From Escherichia phage slur16: 64,000 nt of DNA. The notes below the pieces were generated by a model that saw nothing but the letters and a program-made list of their open reading frames with translations, did no database searches and had not been told where the DNA came from. The stretch is taken from the sequence record NC_028248.1; one strand, 5' to 3'. The position numbers were made by a program, and so were the translations under genes. Positions 55,479 to 63,963 of the stretch are shown here, in pieces (positions within the stretch are counted from its first letter, which is position 1; each line of letters begins with the position of its first letter).

Positions 55479-55502
55479 ATATGGGATGAATCACCTTAGT
55501 GA

Positions 55503-56510
55503 TTATTCACTTTTCAGAGTTACTTTAACAACCAGCTCTGGACGGGTGTTAACTGCCAGCATAGAAGTTTCAGATTCAATCTTCTCTTCACGCAGGTATG
55601 CAGAGTGTTTATACCACATGTACAGTTCCTGTGCTGGAGTGTTTGCTTCGTTAACATCGTCTGCCGGAGCAAAGTGCAGCTGGAACATCTGATCAATACC
55701 CATCGGCAGAATGCGAGCTTCTTTCTTAGGAATATTGCCAGAGATATCTTCGATAAAGGTGATACCTTTATGCTCAAACACACGGTATACGCTGTCTTGA
55801 CCGCCAGCACCCAGACGGCGACGCAGAGGTTCCTGAGCAGAGCCGTAATAGGTGTATGCCAGTTCTACCAGCGGGTGATGAGTAACAGCACTGAAGAACT
55901 CCGGTGAGCACAGGGCTACAATGCGATAGCCAGCTGCGTTATCACCAGCTTGCAGTGCGATGTGCAGACGAGCTTCTTCCAGAACCTCCATAGGATCCTG
56001 ATCTGCTTTTGCAGGGTCGATCTCAACAGACTTCTGAGACACACCCCACAGAGTGTAGTAATCATACTGGCAGGTAGCGTCACCAGGTGCATAGGATTTA
56101 CCCAGAATAGCCTGGAACAGCGCTTTCTCACGCAGTGCTTCATGGGAAACACGGATACGGCGAACAACGCGGGTCACTACGTCCTGAACAGTTTTCGGAG
56201 CATCAGGGGTGAAGTAACGACGGAAGTTCTGGACATCTGCAGCAGTGATGCCTTTATCCAGAGGGAAGAACGGGATGTTCAGGTTTTTAACCTGAGCACG
56301 TTCATTACCAACGTAGTTACGCTCACCACCACGACGGCGTGCTGGAATGTCGGTTACAACTTCATCAACACGCTCAATCTGAGCAATTGTTGAGGTGCCG
56401 AGACGAGTTTCGAACAGATCCATACCGGTAATCAGGCGAAATTGACGCGGAACAAGGTCCAGAGTAGCACCTAAATCGACAATGCCAAATTCATCTTTAC
56501 GAGTAATCAT
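55503..56510 (-). CDS. major capsid protein
   Basis: 335 aa, downstream of the scaffold and decoration-like genes and followed by a strong terminator; order and size typical of HK97-fold capsid genes. Confidence 0.65.
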   Translation of the reverse strand: MITRKDEFGIVDLGATLDLVPRQFRLITGMDLFETRLGTSTIAQIERVDEVVTDIPARRRGGERNYVGNERAQVKNLNIPFFPLDKGITAADVQNFRRYFTPDAPKTVQDVVTRVVRRIRVSHEALREKALFQAILGKSYAPGDATCQYDYYTLWGVSQKSVEIDPAKADQDPMEVLEEARLHIALQAGDNAAGYRIVALCSPEFFSAVTHHPLVELAYTYYGSAQEPLRRRLGAGGQDSVYRVFEHKGITFIEDISGNIPKKEARILPMGIDQMFQLHFAPADDVNEANTPAQELYMWYKHSAYLREEKIESETSMLAVNTRPELVVKVTLKSE

Positions 56511-56562
56511 TTATTTCTCCAAAGTAAAACTTAAATATTTTTCCCGAACAATTTAGGGCTTA

Positions 56563-56949
56563 TTATTCACCAATAGTCTGGACGTGAACTTTGTTACCTA
56601 AAGCTTCCAACTTATCCAGAATTCTTTGGTCTGCTTTAGCTCCATCTGCACCTAACAGCATGTCTTTTGCAAAGGTGACACCATGGACGGCAACAACCAG
56701 GTTATAGGATTGTCCTACTTCTAACGGTTTTGCAAGATGAACCGTACCAGCATCTTTGACAAGAGCACGGTCAACAAGAACGCCGTACACATCAGAACCG
56801 TCTGCGTTAGCGATGGTCCCGGTTTTTGTTACAACAGTGCCAGCGTGGTGATGCTCTGTCAGTGTTACCTTAATCTCTTTAAAATTGTAGCCAGCATCGC
56901 TAGAATCAACTTTGCCGAGCACGATATCAGAATATTGAGCGGTAATCAT
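56563..56949 (-). CDS. putative head decoration / capsid accessory protein
   Basis: 128 aa, Gly/Val/Ala-rich, between scaffold and capsid genes. Confidence 0.4.
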   Translation of the reverse strand: MITAQYSDIVLGKVDSSDAGYNFKEIKVTLTEHHHAGTVVTKTGTIANADGSDVYGVLVDRALVKDAGTVHLAKPLEVGQSYNLVVAVHGVTFAKDMLLGADGAKADQRILDKLEALGNKVHVQTIGE

Positions 56950-56969
56950 TTATTTCCCCCGTTAATGTC

Positions 56970-57947
56970 TTATTTGTTAGATTCTGCACGTGCACGAGCA
57001 AGTGCTTTTGCAACGTTTTCAGCAAGAATTTCTTCTGCGGATTTTGCAATATCATCCACAACAGGTTCGCCATCATTACCATGTTCAGTGGTGGCAAACT
57101 CTTCTTTGGTTTTATGCACCTCTGCTTCCAGCTCTTCAATTTTTGCTTGAGCTTTCTCCAGCATAGCTACGATAGGTTCGTTAGCTTTTTCCAGCATGAA
57201 GTCAACTAGGGTTGCATGATCTTCTTCACCAACAAAGCTTAAAGCTTGAGCCTTAGTCAGCATTTTAGCTTTTTCAACTTCAACCTGGGCCTTGATGATT
57301 TCTTCAGCTTTACTCTGGGTTGCTTTCAGCTCTTCTACTTGCTTCAGCAGATCCAGATACTCTTTAGTTTTGGTTACGTCCACCGGATTCTCCTCGGTAT
57401 TTGCGGATTTTGCAACATCATCCACCTCGGCAGTTTTATCCACCTCAGCAGGTTCCTGTACCGCCTTGATCAGGTTCCCTTCTTTATCGAAGAGATCAGC
57501 GGTTACTTGTTCAAAAATCTGTTGTGTTTTTAACAGGCTGTACTGATCTACCACGCTAAGCTGCTTACCTTCTTTTGCAGCTTTATGAATGGTCACGTTA
57601 TCACAACGCTCTTCCAGCCATGCAATACAAGACTCTGCGTCAGCTTGCGCCCATTCCCAATCAGGATGCTCTTTGGCCCAAGCCTCCTCTTCAATCTCAA
57701 AACCAAGCATGTGTGCAAGTGCTTTAGCATCATCATACCACATATCGAAGAAACGACGCAGGTATTCTTCAAAACTAAGCTCCACAGTAACTTGGCGAAG
57801 TGCCTTAACAATATCGTCTGTTAACTGCTCAGGCTTAAGATCACTCTTCATCAAAAGAGATACAGGTCTGTTGTTAGCGCTATAGCCTTGCGCCTTATGG
57901 CACAGGGCAATCCCCTTCTCTTTAATAGTAATCGTTTTTTCAGACAT
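56970..57947 (-). CDS. putative scaffolding protein
   Basis: 325 aa, Glu/Lys/Ala-rich with predicted long helices (e.g. KAQALSFVGEEDHATLVDFMLEKANEPIVAMLEKAQAKIEELEAEV); between portal/protease and capsid. Confidence 0.55.
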   Translation of the reverse strand: MSEKTITIKEKGIALCHKAQGYSANNRPVSLLMKSDLKPEQLTDDIVKALRQVTVELSFEEYLRRFFDMWYDDAKALAHMLGFEIEEEAWAKEHPDWEWAQADAESCIAWLEERCDNVTIHKAAKEGKQLSVVDQYSLLKTQQIFEQVTADLFDKEGNLIKAVQEPAEVDKTAEVDDVAKSANTEENPVDVTKTKEYLDLLKQVEELKATQSKAEEIIKAQVEVEKAKMLTKAQALSFVGEEDHATLVDFMLEKANEPIVAMLEKAQAKIEELEAEVHKTKEEFATTEHGNDGEPVVDDIAKSAEEILAENVAKALARARAESNK

Positions 57948-58522
57948 TATTCATTGCCCTCTTCTACAACACTGATCCCGAAGTTTACGTTGGTAATTTC
58001 ACCAGTTTCTTCATCAACATTACCTGTTGCCTGAATGCTTAGGCCACCAACAATGCCAGCCTTCTTAGCTTCCCATAATTCAGGATTATTGTATTTAACT
58101 TTAGCAACCCAAGAGCCAGCCTTGATGACCTGCTCAGTGCCAATTACTACAACATCAAACTCTTCTTGAATCCACGTCTTTTCAATAGTGAAAGCATCTG
58201 TAGAGGTCAAGTGAAAAAGGTTTTCAGAAACTAGGCCTGCGGCGTATGCTGCGTCCCAGTTATCTTTAGCCTTTTTGATGGTGTCTTTACTCATCCACTC
58301 ACCGTGAGCATCTTTAGTGTCAGGCTCGTAGATGATTTCGTAGGAAATCATTTCTTCCTGTGGCATCTTATTCCCCATGTGGATTATTTTATCACGCCAA
58401 AGGAGGTTTTGCAACCCCCTGTGTTGATAATTTTTAATTTTCCATGTTGGATATGGAATTATCTCTGGTTGATGACATCTTAGAAGTGCCGTTGCCAGTG
58501 GATCCTGCAGCCATTCCATCAC
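57947..58522 (-). CDS. putative prohead protease or head maturation protein
   Basis: 191-aa ORF between portal and scaffold, overlapping the portal 3' end; no catalytic motif recognised. Confidence 0.3.
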   Translation of the reverse strand: MMEWLQDPLATALLRCHQPEIIPYPTWKIKNYQHRGLQNLLWRDKIIHMGNKMPQEEMISYEIIYEPDTKDAHGEWMSKDTIKKAKDNWDAAYAAGLVSENLFHLTSTDAFTIEKTWIQEEFDVVVIGTEQVIKAGSWVAKVKYNNPELWEAKKAGIVGGLSIQATGNVDEETGEITNVNFGISVVEEGNE

Positions 58523-59990
58523 CAGCCCTACTAATGTCCTGGCCCAAGAGCTTCATCAGCTCTTCCTGATCCATGTCCTCGTCAAATCTTTCATCAAACC
58601 CGCCTACTTCAAGAATCTTATTAATTACTGCAGGAGTTTTTGGCAAGTAACCTACAGCACCGATCCTCTGGACAAACTTGGAGAAGCTCTCCATATCCAC
58701 TTCTTCAATCAGACCAGGTTTCAGTTTAGGCATATCATCATCTTCAAGGATGATACCATTCAATGCCAGAAGCTGCGGAATAAGATCTTTATTGAAGGCC
58801 TCAGTGATAATATCTATATCACGCTGAACAAAATGACCATGGATAGACTGTTTTGACTCAGACAGAGAGAAGGACCCAACGTTATCGTTACCGAGGTTAA
58901 TAAAGCCAGCACCGAAACGGTCAAGAATCGCCTTCTTACGGGCATCAATCAAATCTTTAGTGGAATACTGCTTACCCATACCGTCAACCCCCTTCAGGGT
59001 CATGGAGTAAAGCTCTTTACCAGACTTATCTCTATCAGACGGAAGTATAAAGAAACTTTGCTCACCACTATGGGCGTTTGCTGCGTCAAGCATAAGGTCT
59101 GCAACCATTCTCCCTTCCATTGAATTCGGGTCAATGCTGGCCTTGTTCAAAATATTGGAAGGAATTTTCAGCTCAAGCACACCACCAAGGTCTTTGGAAC
59201 AGCCAACAACCTCAAGGTTTTCAATCAGAACTTTCTCACGGAAAGATCTGTAGCAACCTATCATCGGTGACACACCTGCAGGGTTAGATTCTGTTCCTGA
59301 CAGGGTCATGAGCATAAGCTTTTTAGCAGGGATGAAAATTTCAGGCTCATTAAAGCCTTTTGAAGGCATTGCAGCAAGAGGTCCAGCCCAGCGTGCATTC
59401 TGAGTGTTTAGAAATGCATTAGGTGATTGATAAATACCTGTCAGTGTTCTACTATTCTTGTCAAAGACAAACGGCTCTGATCTGGACAAACTGGCCTGAG
59501 GTCGGAATGCAATTTTATCAATAAGAAGCATCCCGGCATATTTACCTTCTTTCTCTCTGCGGTATACTTTCTCAAACAGTGAAAAACCATACTCGTTAAA
59601 GGTAGCTGCACTTCTTGCAATATCTCGAAGAGTTTGTTGGTTTGCCAAATTACGCAAAGAATACTCTATAAGCTCGGCAGCTTTCTTAGAGTCTTCACTT
59701 TTAACATTATAAAGGATCTTAAAATCATTAAATGCTTTCGTGATGAAAACATATTTTGTATCTAAGGCAGTAGCAACTGTGGAATCACATTTCATAGTCT
59801 CCACTGTAGCAATCAGCTGAGGCCAACGCAATTCCTCAACCATCATAGATTGCGATTCTGCCATAATTTGGGAAAGTGCGCCAGAACCGATCTCACTCAT
59901 ACGAACATTATGAGTTGGTGCGCCTGCGTTCCCAGATTTATTCACAGTTTTGGCTGTGGCGTTGTGTTTCCTGCGGTTCTTTTTGGACAC
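58434..59990 (-). CDS. portal protein
   Basis: 518 aa immediately downstream of the terminase; GTG start with GAGGGG RBS; acidic C-terminus. Confidence 0.6.
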   Translation of the reverse strand: MSKKNRRKHNATAKTVNKSGNAGAPTHNVRMSEIGSGALSQIMAESQSMMVEELRWPQLIATVETMKCDSTVATALDTKYVFITKAFNDFKILYNVKSEDSKKAAELIEYSLRNLANQQTLRDIARSAATFNEYGFSLFEKVYRREKEGKYAGMLLIDKIAFRPQASLSRSEPFVFDKNSRTLTGIYQSPNAFLNTQNARWAGPLAAMPSKGFNEPEIFIPAKKLMLMTLSGTESNPAGVSPMIGCYRSFREKVLIENLEVVGCSKDLGGVLELKIPSNILNKASIDPNSMEGRMVADLMLDAANAHSGEQSFFILPSDRDKSGKELYSMTLKGVDGMGKQYSTKDLIDARKKAILDRFGAGFINLGNDNVGSFSLSESKQSIHGHFVQRDIDIITEAFNKDLIPQLLALNGIILEDDDMPKLKPGLIEEVDMESFSKFVQRIGAVGYLPKTPAVINKILEVGGFDERFDEDMDQEELMKLLGQDISRAGDGMAAGSTGNGTSKMSSTRDNSISNMEN

Positions 59991-60009
59991 AAGCTTTACC
60001 CCTCAAAAC

Positions 60010-60043
60010 AGTATAACAAAATAGCCCTCGTGTTAGAGGGCTA
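60010..60043 (-). terminator. hairpin plus U-tract after the terminase
   Basis: TAGCCCTC-gtgtta-GAGGGCTA hairpin, followed on the minus transcript by UUUUGUUAUACUGUUUUG. Confidence 0.45.
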
Positions 60044-60092
60044 GTATCTCCGATTACTCTATTCTACCACATCTAATTAAGATTGGCAACAC

Positions 60093-61214
60093 TTAGATAA
60101 AACGCTTGAACATAGAAGGTGATGAGATTGATGGAATCACACAAGGAAGTGCTACTTCCTCTTTCTCCAGGAAATTAATAGCAGAAGCTACACAGTCAGC
60201 CCAGTCGTCTTTTCTGTTAAATGTTGATCTTTCCCCGTTGAATTTTTCAAGTTCAGTCAGAAATGCTTCCAGAGTATCAGGATGGAAACTGGATTTTACA
60301 ATCCTCACCATTCCTTGTTGGGCAAGATTGGCAAAAGGTGAGAACCTTGTCAGTTTAGATTTGTTGGAAGGCATTGGGTCTTCTTCAACCCTAAACCCTT
60401 CGGCAAGCAAGGATCTGGAGGAGGTTAAGAACTCACTCTTACCTGCCTGACCGGGGTCCACAGAGAATACGATTATACAATCATCACCATCAAACTGCGC
60501 CTGTTTCCTGATGATCACATCTCGTTCACCAGCCTTTTTACAGAACTTGCCTTCTAGACCTGTGGAATACCTCCCGTCATCCACGTTCTCAGGACAATAA
60601 TCACCGGACAGGTAATAAAAGCCGTCGCTATCTTTACTTACCTTAACACTGGCGGTAAAGTCAGGAAATTTATTACCGGAAGTTCTCTCGGTTCCTGCCT
60701 TATCCCATGCCCTGCAAGATACTGATCCAAGGGGTACTCTATCGGCATCACGAAGGAAAGATCTTTGAAAATAGTTTGCGCCCTCAGGCTTTGCAAACCA
60801 GTTACCATGAAGAAGCTGAGCTTTTTCCAGTTCCGGCAGACCTTCAAGGAAAGCAAGGTATTCTGGGTTGTCTCTTAAGCAAACAGGATTATCGAATATT
60901 GTTGCGCCTATAAACGAGAATGACAACGGTCTTGGCTTGATCTCCACACCAAGTCCGTTAACCGTGGTGTATTTCTCTATCAACTCTTCTTTAGAGTCCC
61001 CCCAGATAAATTCACCGTCGCGTCGGATAAAATATCTTTTCTTACCGCATTTCTCCGGATCTGGATACCCTTCATCGTCCAACCACCACCTAACCAGTTT
61101 GGCAAGCATGTGTTCTGAATCGGGGTTACAGCTGATAACCATTCTTGATGGATACTTTGACTGAGATCGCAGACGAGACATCAGATAGTCTATCTGCTCC
61201 CATTCGAATTGTGT
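60093..61214 (-). CDS. terL: terminase large subunit, C-terminal (nuclease) part; putative exon 2
   Basis: ORF 60093..61181 extended upstream in-frame to 61214 (TQFEWEQIDYLMSRLRS...). Continues the ATPase domain and carries the nuclease region (IIVFSVDPGQAGKSE...). Confidence 0.6.
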   Translation of the reverse strand, partial: TQFEWEQIDYLMSRLRSQSKYPSRMVISCNPDSEHMLAKLVRWWLDDEGYPDPEKCGKKRYFIRRDGEFIWGDSKEELIEKYTTVNGLGVEIKPRPLSFSFIGATIFDNPVCLRDNPEYLAFLEGLPELEKAQLLHGNWFAKPEGANYFQRSFLRDADRVPLGSVSCRAWDKAGTERTSGNKFPDFTASVKVSKDSDGFYYLSGDYCPENVDDGRYSTGLEGKFCKKAGERDVIIRKQAQFDGDDCIIVFSVDPGQAGKSEFLTSSRSLLAEGFRVEEDPMPSNKSKLTRFSPFANLAQQGMVRIVKSSFHPDTLEAFLTELEKFNGERSTFNRKDDWADCVASAINFLEKEEVALPCVIPSISSPSMFKRFI

Positions 61215-61533
61215 CGTTTATGTTCGGGCAAGGTCGCTAGTCTTGCCCCGCCATTTTCAGGCAGCTGCATGTCTCCATGCAGACCAGACTATATCTTATA
61301 AGCGACAACAACCGCTTATCCTCCCGTTTCGAATCGCTTGATTCTACGTCTTTCGACTAGTCGTTGAACGTTCATCCTCTCGGATGCTTCGCTGCGGATT
61401 ATCTAAATTAACACACTGTTACCATACCTTCGATCTCTCTTCGAAGCCTCTATCATGTTACCATGACAGGTTGGTGGTATTAATAGTAAAGATTTCCCCG
61501 CAATTAGGGAGGTTTTACGAGAGCTACAAATTA
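61215..61533 (-). other. ~319-nt non-coding intervening sequence splitting terL; candidate self-splicing group I intron
   Basis: Exon 1 frame hits TAA right after the Walker B codons (..TGC TTC GAT GAG GGT | TAA); no ORF in the insert; hairpin-rich sequence. Proposed 5' splice after U at 61534 and 3' splice after G at 61215 restore the frame (..VCFDEG|TQFEWEQ..). Confidence 0.5.
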
Positions 61534-61959
61534 ACCCTCATCGAAGCAAACCATGGTGTACTCAAGCCCTTGATGGTTAAGCTTATCTTGTACATACTCC
61601 ATGTGGCAGTATTTTACAACAGCTCCCTTTTTGCTTCTATCCCACTTGCCAGTGTTCGGATCAAACCGTGGAAAAATGAACTTATGATCCTTCTCTCTGA
61701 ACTTTGGCTTAATGTTTTCAGGCAGATCACTATAAATAGCTACCGCTTTAGGCCATAGTCCACCCTCACCTTCCAACTGCGGGGTTGTTCTTCGGAACAT
61801 AACCACAGAGCTGTGGGGGTCATCAATAATTTTAAGTGGCATCAATTGCAAGAGGAACGACTTGCCAGACCCTGCGGCACCGCCGATTACCAAAATATCT
61901 GCATCGTTTTCGAGGATCATCTTCTGCTTTTCAGAACACGGTCCGTAAATCTTAGACAT
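61534..61959 (-). CDS. terL: terminase large subunit, N-terminal ATPase part; putative exon 1
   Basis: Walker A VIGGAAGSGKSFL and Walker B TMVCFDE, with a stop immediately after the DE(G). Confidence 0.65.
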
Positions 61960-62246
61960 TAACCGCTCTCCTTTGGAAACAGTGTTCTAATATAGTCTTG
62001 CAAAATGATCAATTTAGCTCTATCATTGCTACAAGACAGATTATTATCCCTCATAATGCCAGAATTCACTGCATCTGGCGCACCTTTCTTCAAAGGCATA
62101 GCTTTAGCAGGTGGTTTCATGGCACCTTCCGGGGGTTTAACAATCAACCTTCCTACATCCGGAGGGTCAATCTTGTATTCTCTCTCAACGTTGGTTGCAC
62201 ACCCACATAATAACAAGCACACAATAAACAGTGTAGCAACTCTCAT
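61959..62246 (-). CDS. outer-membrane spanin (Rz1-like lipoprotein) candidate
   Basis: 95 aa; N-terminal signal with lipobox-like LLLCGC; Pro-rich mature part; 4-nt overlap with the upstream i-spanin candidate. Confidence 0.45.
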   Translation of the reverse strand: MRVATLFIVCLLLCGCATNVEREYKIDPPDVGRLIVKPPEGAMKPPAKAMPLKKGAPDAVNSGIMRDNNLSCSNDRAKLIILQDYIRTLFPKESG

Positions 62247-62641
62247 CGATCCTCCTGATTGATACTCTCATTATAAATATCTATAAGCTGATCAGGGAGT
62301 GTTGACTTCTTGCCTTCAGGTGACTGGAGGTAGATAATCTGCTTTTCTTTACCTGCCTTCTCAGCCATATTTAATTTATCCTGCAGATCAGAAAGGGATT
62401 TTTCAAGGTTTTTAACCTCCTCTGCGTGGCCCATTTTAATTTTGTCGGCCTGCTTTTGTTGCTGATCAAGGATCCGTTCCCACTTTAACTCTGTTGCTGA
62501 CACACCCTCTTGGTAGGCTTCATTAAGCTTAAAGTTAAACCAATATACGGCTCCAAGATAAGCTGTACCTAGCGCAGCTGCAAAAACTAAACCTTTTATG
62601 ATCCCTCTATACCTACTCAGCCATGTTAAAACTGAAATCAT
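62243..62641 (-). CDS. inner-membrane spanin (Rz-like) candidate
   Basis: 132 aa; N-terminal transmembrane helix (GIIKGLVFAAALGTAYLGAVYWF) followed by a charged coiled-coil region. Confidence 0.45.
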   Translation of the reverse strand: MISVLTWLSRYRGIIKGLVFAAALGTAYLGAVYWFNFKLNEAYQEGVSATELKWERILDQQQKQADKIKMGHAEEVKNLEKSLSDLQDKLNMAEKAGKEKQIIYLQSPEGKKSTLPDQLIDIYNESINQEDR

Positions 62642-62654
62642 TTTAAGGCTCCAG

Positions 62655-62690
62655 AAACGAAAAAACCCCGCAGCTATACAGCTAACGGGG
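62655..62690 (-). terminator. hairpin plus U-tract
   Basis: CCCCG...CGGGG hairpin, followed on the minus transcript by UUUUUUCGUUUC; between 62747 and 62641. Confidence 0.4.
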
Positions 62691-62746
62691 CGGGTTAAAA
62701 TTGAGTAACCTAAATAGATCGAAACTAACTAAAAGGAGACTAATAC

Positions 62747-63016
62747 TTATCGAGGCACTCGGTGGATGATTCTAACAGTAACTGCATTTTCATTCATCAA
62801 GTATGCATCTACATCTCTGTAAATATAAAACTTCTGCTCACTATCAACAACACAAGCTACCGCCCCTTCAGAGTTGTCTTCAAAAAAGACCACCACTGCA
62901 TCGCAGCTGAGTTCATGATATGACTCTCGAAGATTTACAGCCAGAGGATTGAAATCGTCACGAAAATCTACGGTATGGGTTGGATTTACACGCTCTACAA
63001 TTTTAAGTGTATACAT
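62747..63016 (-). CDS. hypothetical protein (possible small terminase subunit by position)
   Basis: ORF 62747..63106 trimmed to ATG at 63016 because the longer N-terminus overlaps tRNA-Pro; 89 aa. Confidence 0.3.
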   Translation of the reverse strand: MYTLKIVERVNPTHTVDFRDDFNPLAVNLRESYHELSCDAVVVFFEDNSEGAVACVVDSEQKFYIYRDVDAYLMNENAVTVRIIHRVPR

Positions 63017-63062
63017 TTTAAAGGTTCCTTTTGTTTGTATATGTTTAAAGTATAACTGAAAG

Positions 63063-63139
63063 TGGTCTCCACGGAGTGATTCGAACACTCGACCTCCTGA
63101 TCCCAAATCAGGCGCTCTACCAAGCTGAGCTACGCGGAG
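63063..63139 (-). tRNA. tRNA-Pro (anticodon UGG)
   Basis: Hand-folded cloverleaf: acceptor CTCCGCG/CGTGGAG, anticodon loop TTTGGGA, T-loop TTCGAAT, encoded CCA. Confidence 0.8.
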
Positions 63140-63150
63140 TATTTATTATT

Positions 63151-63225
63151 TGGTGGCCCTGGGTGGAATTGAACCACCGTCTGGCGATTATGAGTCGCTT
63201 GCTTGAACCTTCCAGCTACAGGGCC
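63151..63225 (-). tRNA. tRNA-Met (anticodon CAU; elongator or Ile2-type not distinguished)
   Basis: Acceptor GGCCCTG/CAGGGCC, anticodon loop CTCATAA, T-arm GGTGG-TTCAATT-CCACC, encoded CCA. Confidence 0.75.
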
Positions 63226-63226
63226 A

Positions 63227-63302
63227 TGGTGCTGATGGCAGGACTTGAACCTGCAACCTATTGATTACAAATCAATTGCACTACCAATTGTGCTACATCA
63301 GC
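63227..63302 (-). tRNA. tRNA-Thr (anticodon UGU)
   Basis: Acceptor GCTGATG/CATCAGC, D-stem GCAC/GTGC, anticodon arm ATTGA-TTTGTAA-TCAAT, T-arm GCAGG-TTCAAGT-CCTGC, encoded CCA. Confidence 0.8.
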
Positions 63303-63308
63303 AAAAAA

Positions 63309-63407
63309 GGTGCTAGGTGATGGAATCGAACCACCTATGTATTCAACGACTACCTCGTCTATTTTCAGGATTAAAAATCCTCGCCCTTGCCAAAGGGCTT
63401 ACCTAGC
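63309..63407 (-). tRNA. atypical 99-nt tRNA-like gene (anticodon candidate UUU, oversized ~30-nt variable region)
   Basis: Perfect 7-bp acceptor GCTAGGT/ACCTAGC, D-arm GCCC-TTTGGCAA-GGGC, T-arm GGTGG-TTCGATT-CCATC; anticodon arm only 4 bp (AGGA/TCCT) around loop TTTTTAA; 30 nt between anticodon and T arms; 3' end ACC-U, so CCA not fully encoded. Confidence 0.45.
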
Positions 63408-63505
63408 TCAGTATGTTGACCATGTTGCTAGTCGGCGATGACGACTGTAACATTTGATAATCCGGTTCTGCTTCCGGCTTTCGCTTAATTACAAGGTCAA
63501 CAATA

Positions 63506-63596
63506 TGGCTGAGGGTAATGGAATCGAACCATCATCGAGTCATCCTCAACGGGACGGTTTTCAAGACCGCTTGAGCACCATTGCTCCCTACCCTCA
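63506..63596 (-). tRNA. tRNA-Ser (anticodon UGA), type II
   Basis: Acceptor TGAGGGT/ACCCTCA, anticodon arm GCGGT-CTTGAAA-ACCGT, ~19-nt variable arm, T-arm GATGG-TTCGATT-CCATT, encoded CCA; 91 nt. Confidence 0.75.
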
Positions 63597-63710
63597 TTTA
63601 TAAACAATACTGATAATGACACTGATTTTCGAGCAGTTAGTGACTAGTATAAACGACGATAAATATCAATGCCATTATCTGTATGATTTATGCATTTAAA
63701 ACTATAAATT

Positions 63711-63797
63711 TGGTGGGGAGTGGTGGAGTCGAACCACCCGAGTCGTAATGACAATAGATTTACAGTCTACACCGCTACCTCTACGGGATAACTCCCC
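63711..63797 (-). tRNA. tRNA-Tyr (anticodon GUA), type II
   Basis: Acceptor GGGGAGT/ACTCCCC, anticodon arm GTAGA-CTGTAAA-TCTAT, long variable arm, T-arm GGTGG-TTCGACT-CCACC, encoded CCA; 87 nt. Confidence 0.75.
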
Positions 63798-63801
63798 AAT
63801 T

Positions 63802-63876
63802 TGGCACCCCGTACTGGACTCGAACCAGTGTCAACGGCTTAGAAGGCCGCTGCTTTATCCACTAAGCTAACAGGGC
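63802..63876 (-). tRNA. tRNA-Arg (anticodon UCU)
   Basis: Acceptor GCCCTGT/ACGGGGT with two G-U pairs, anticodon arm GCGGC-CTTCTAA-GCCGT, T-arm ACTGG-TTCGAGT-CCAGT, encoded CCA. Confidence 0.7.
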
Positions 63877-63934
63877 ACTGGGTGGCTTTCTTTTACACCT
63901 TAGCCGCCAGAAAAGGTGGGAGACCATGTTTACA

Positions 63935-63963
63935 ATATTACACTGTTAAGCAAAGTTTGTCAA
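63935..63963 (-). promoter_or_regulatory. sigma70-like promoter upstream of the tRNA cluster
   Basis: Minus strand: -35 TTGACA (63963..63958), 17-nt spacer, -10 TAATAT (63940..63935); ~55 nt upstream of tRNA-Arg. Confidence 0.5.

Noticed and set aside
63017-63106. Longer N-terminal extension of ORF 62747-63106
   Set aside because: The extension overlaps tRNA-Pro (63063-63139) on the same strand; start trimmed to the ATG at 63016.
63408-63505. Possible additional tRNA or small RNA in the 98-nt gap between the tRNA-like element and tRNA-Ser (contains CCGGTTCTGCTTCCGG hairpin)
   Set aside because: No T-loop consensus or acceptor complementarity could be found; left as spacer.
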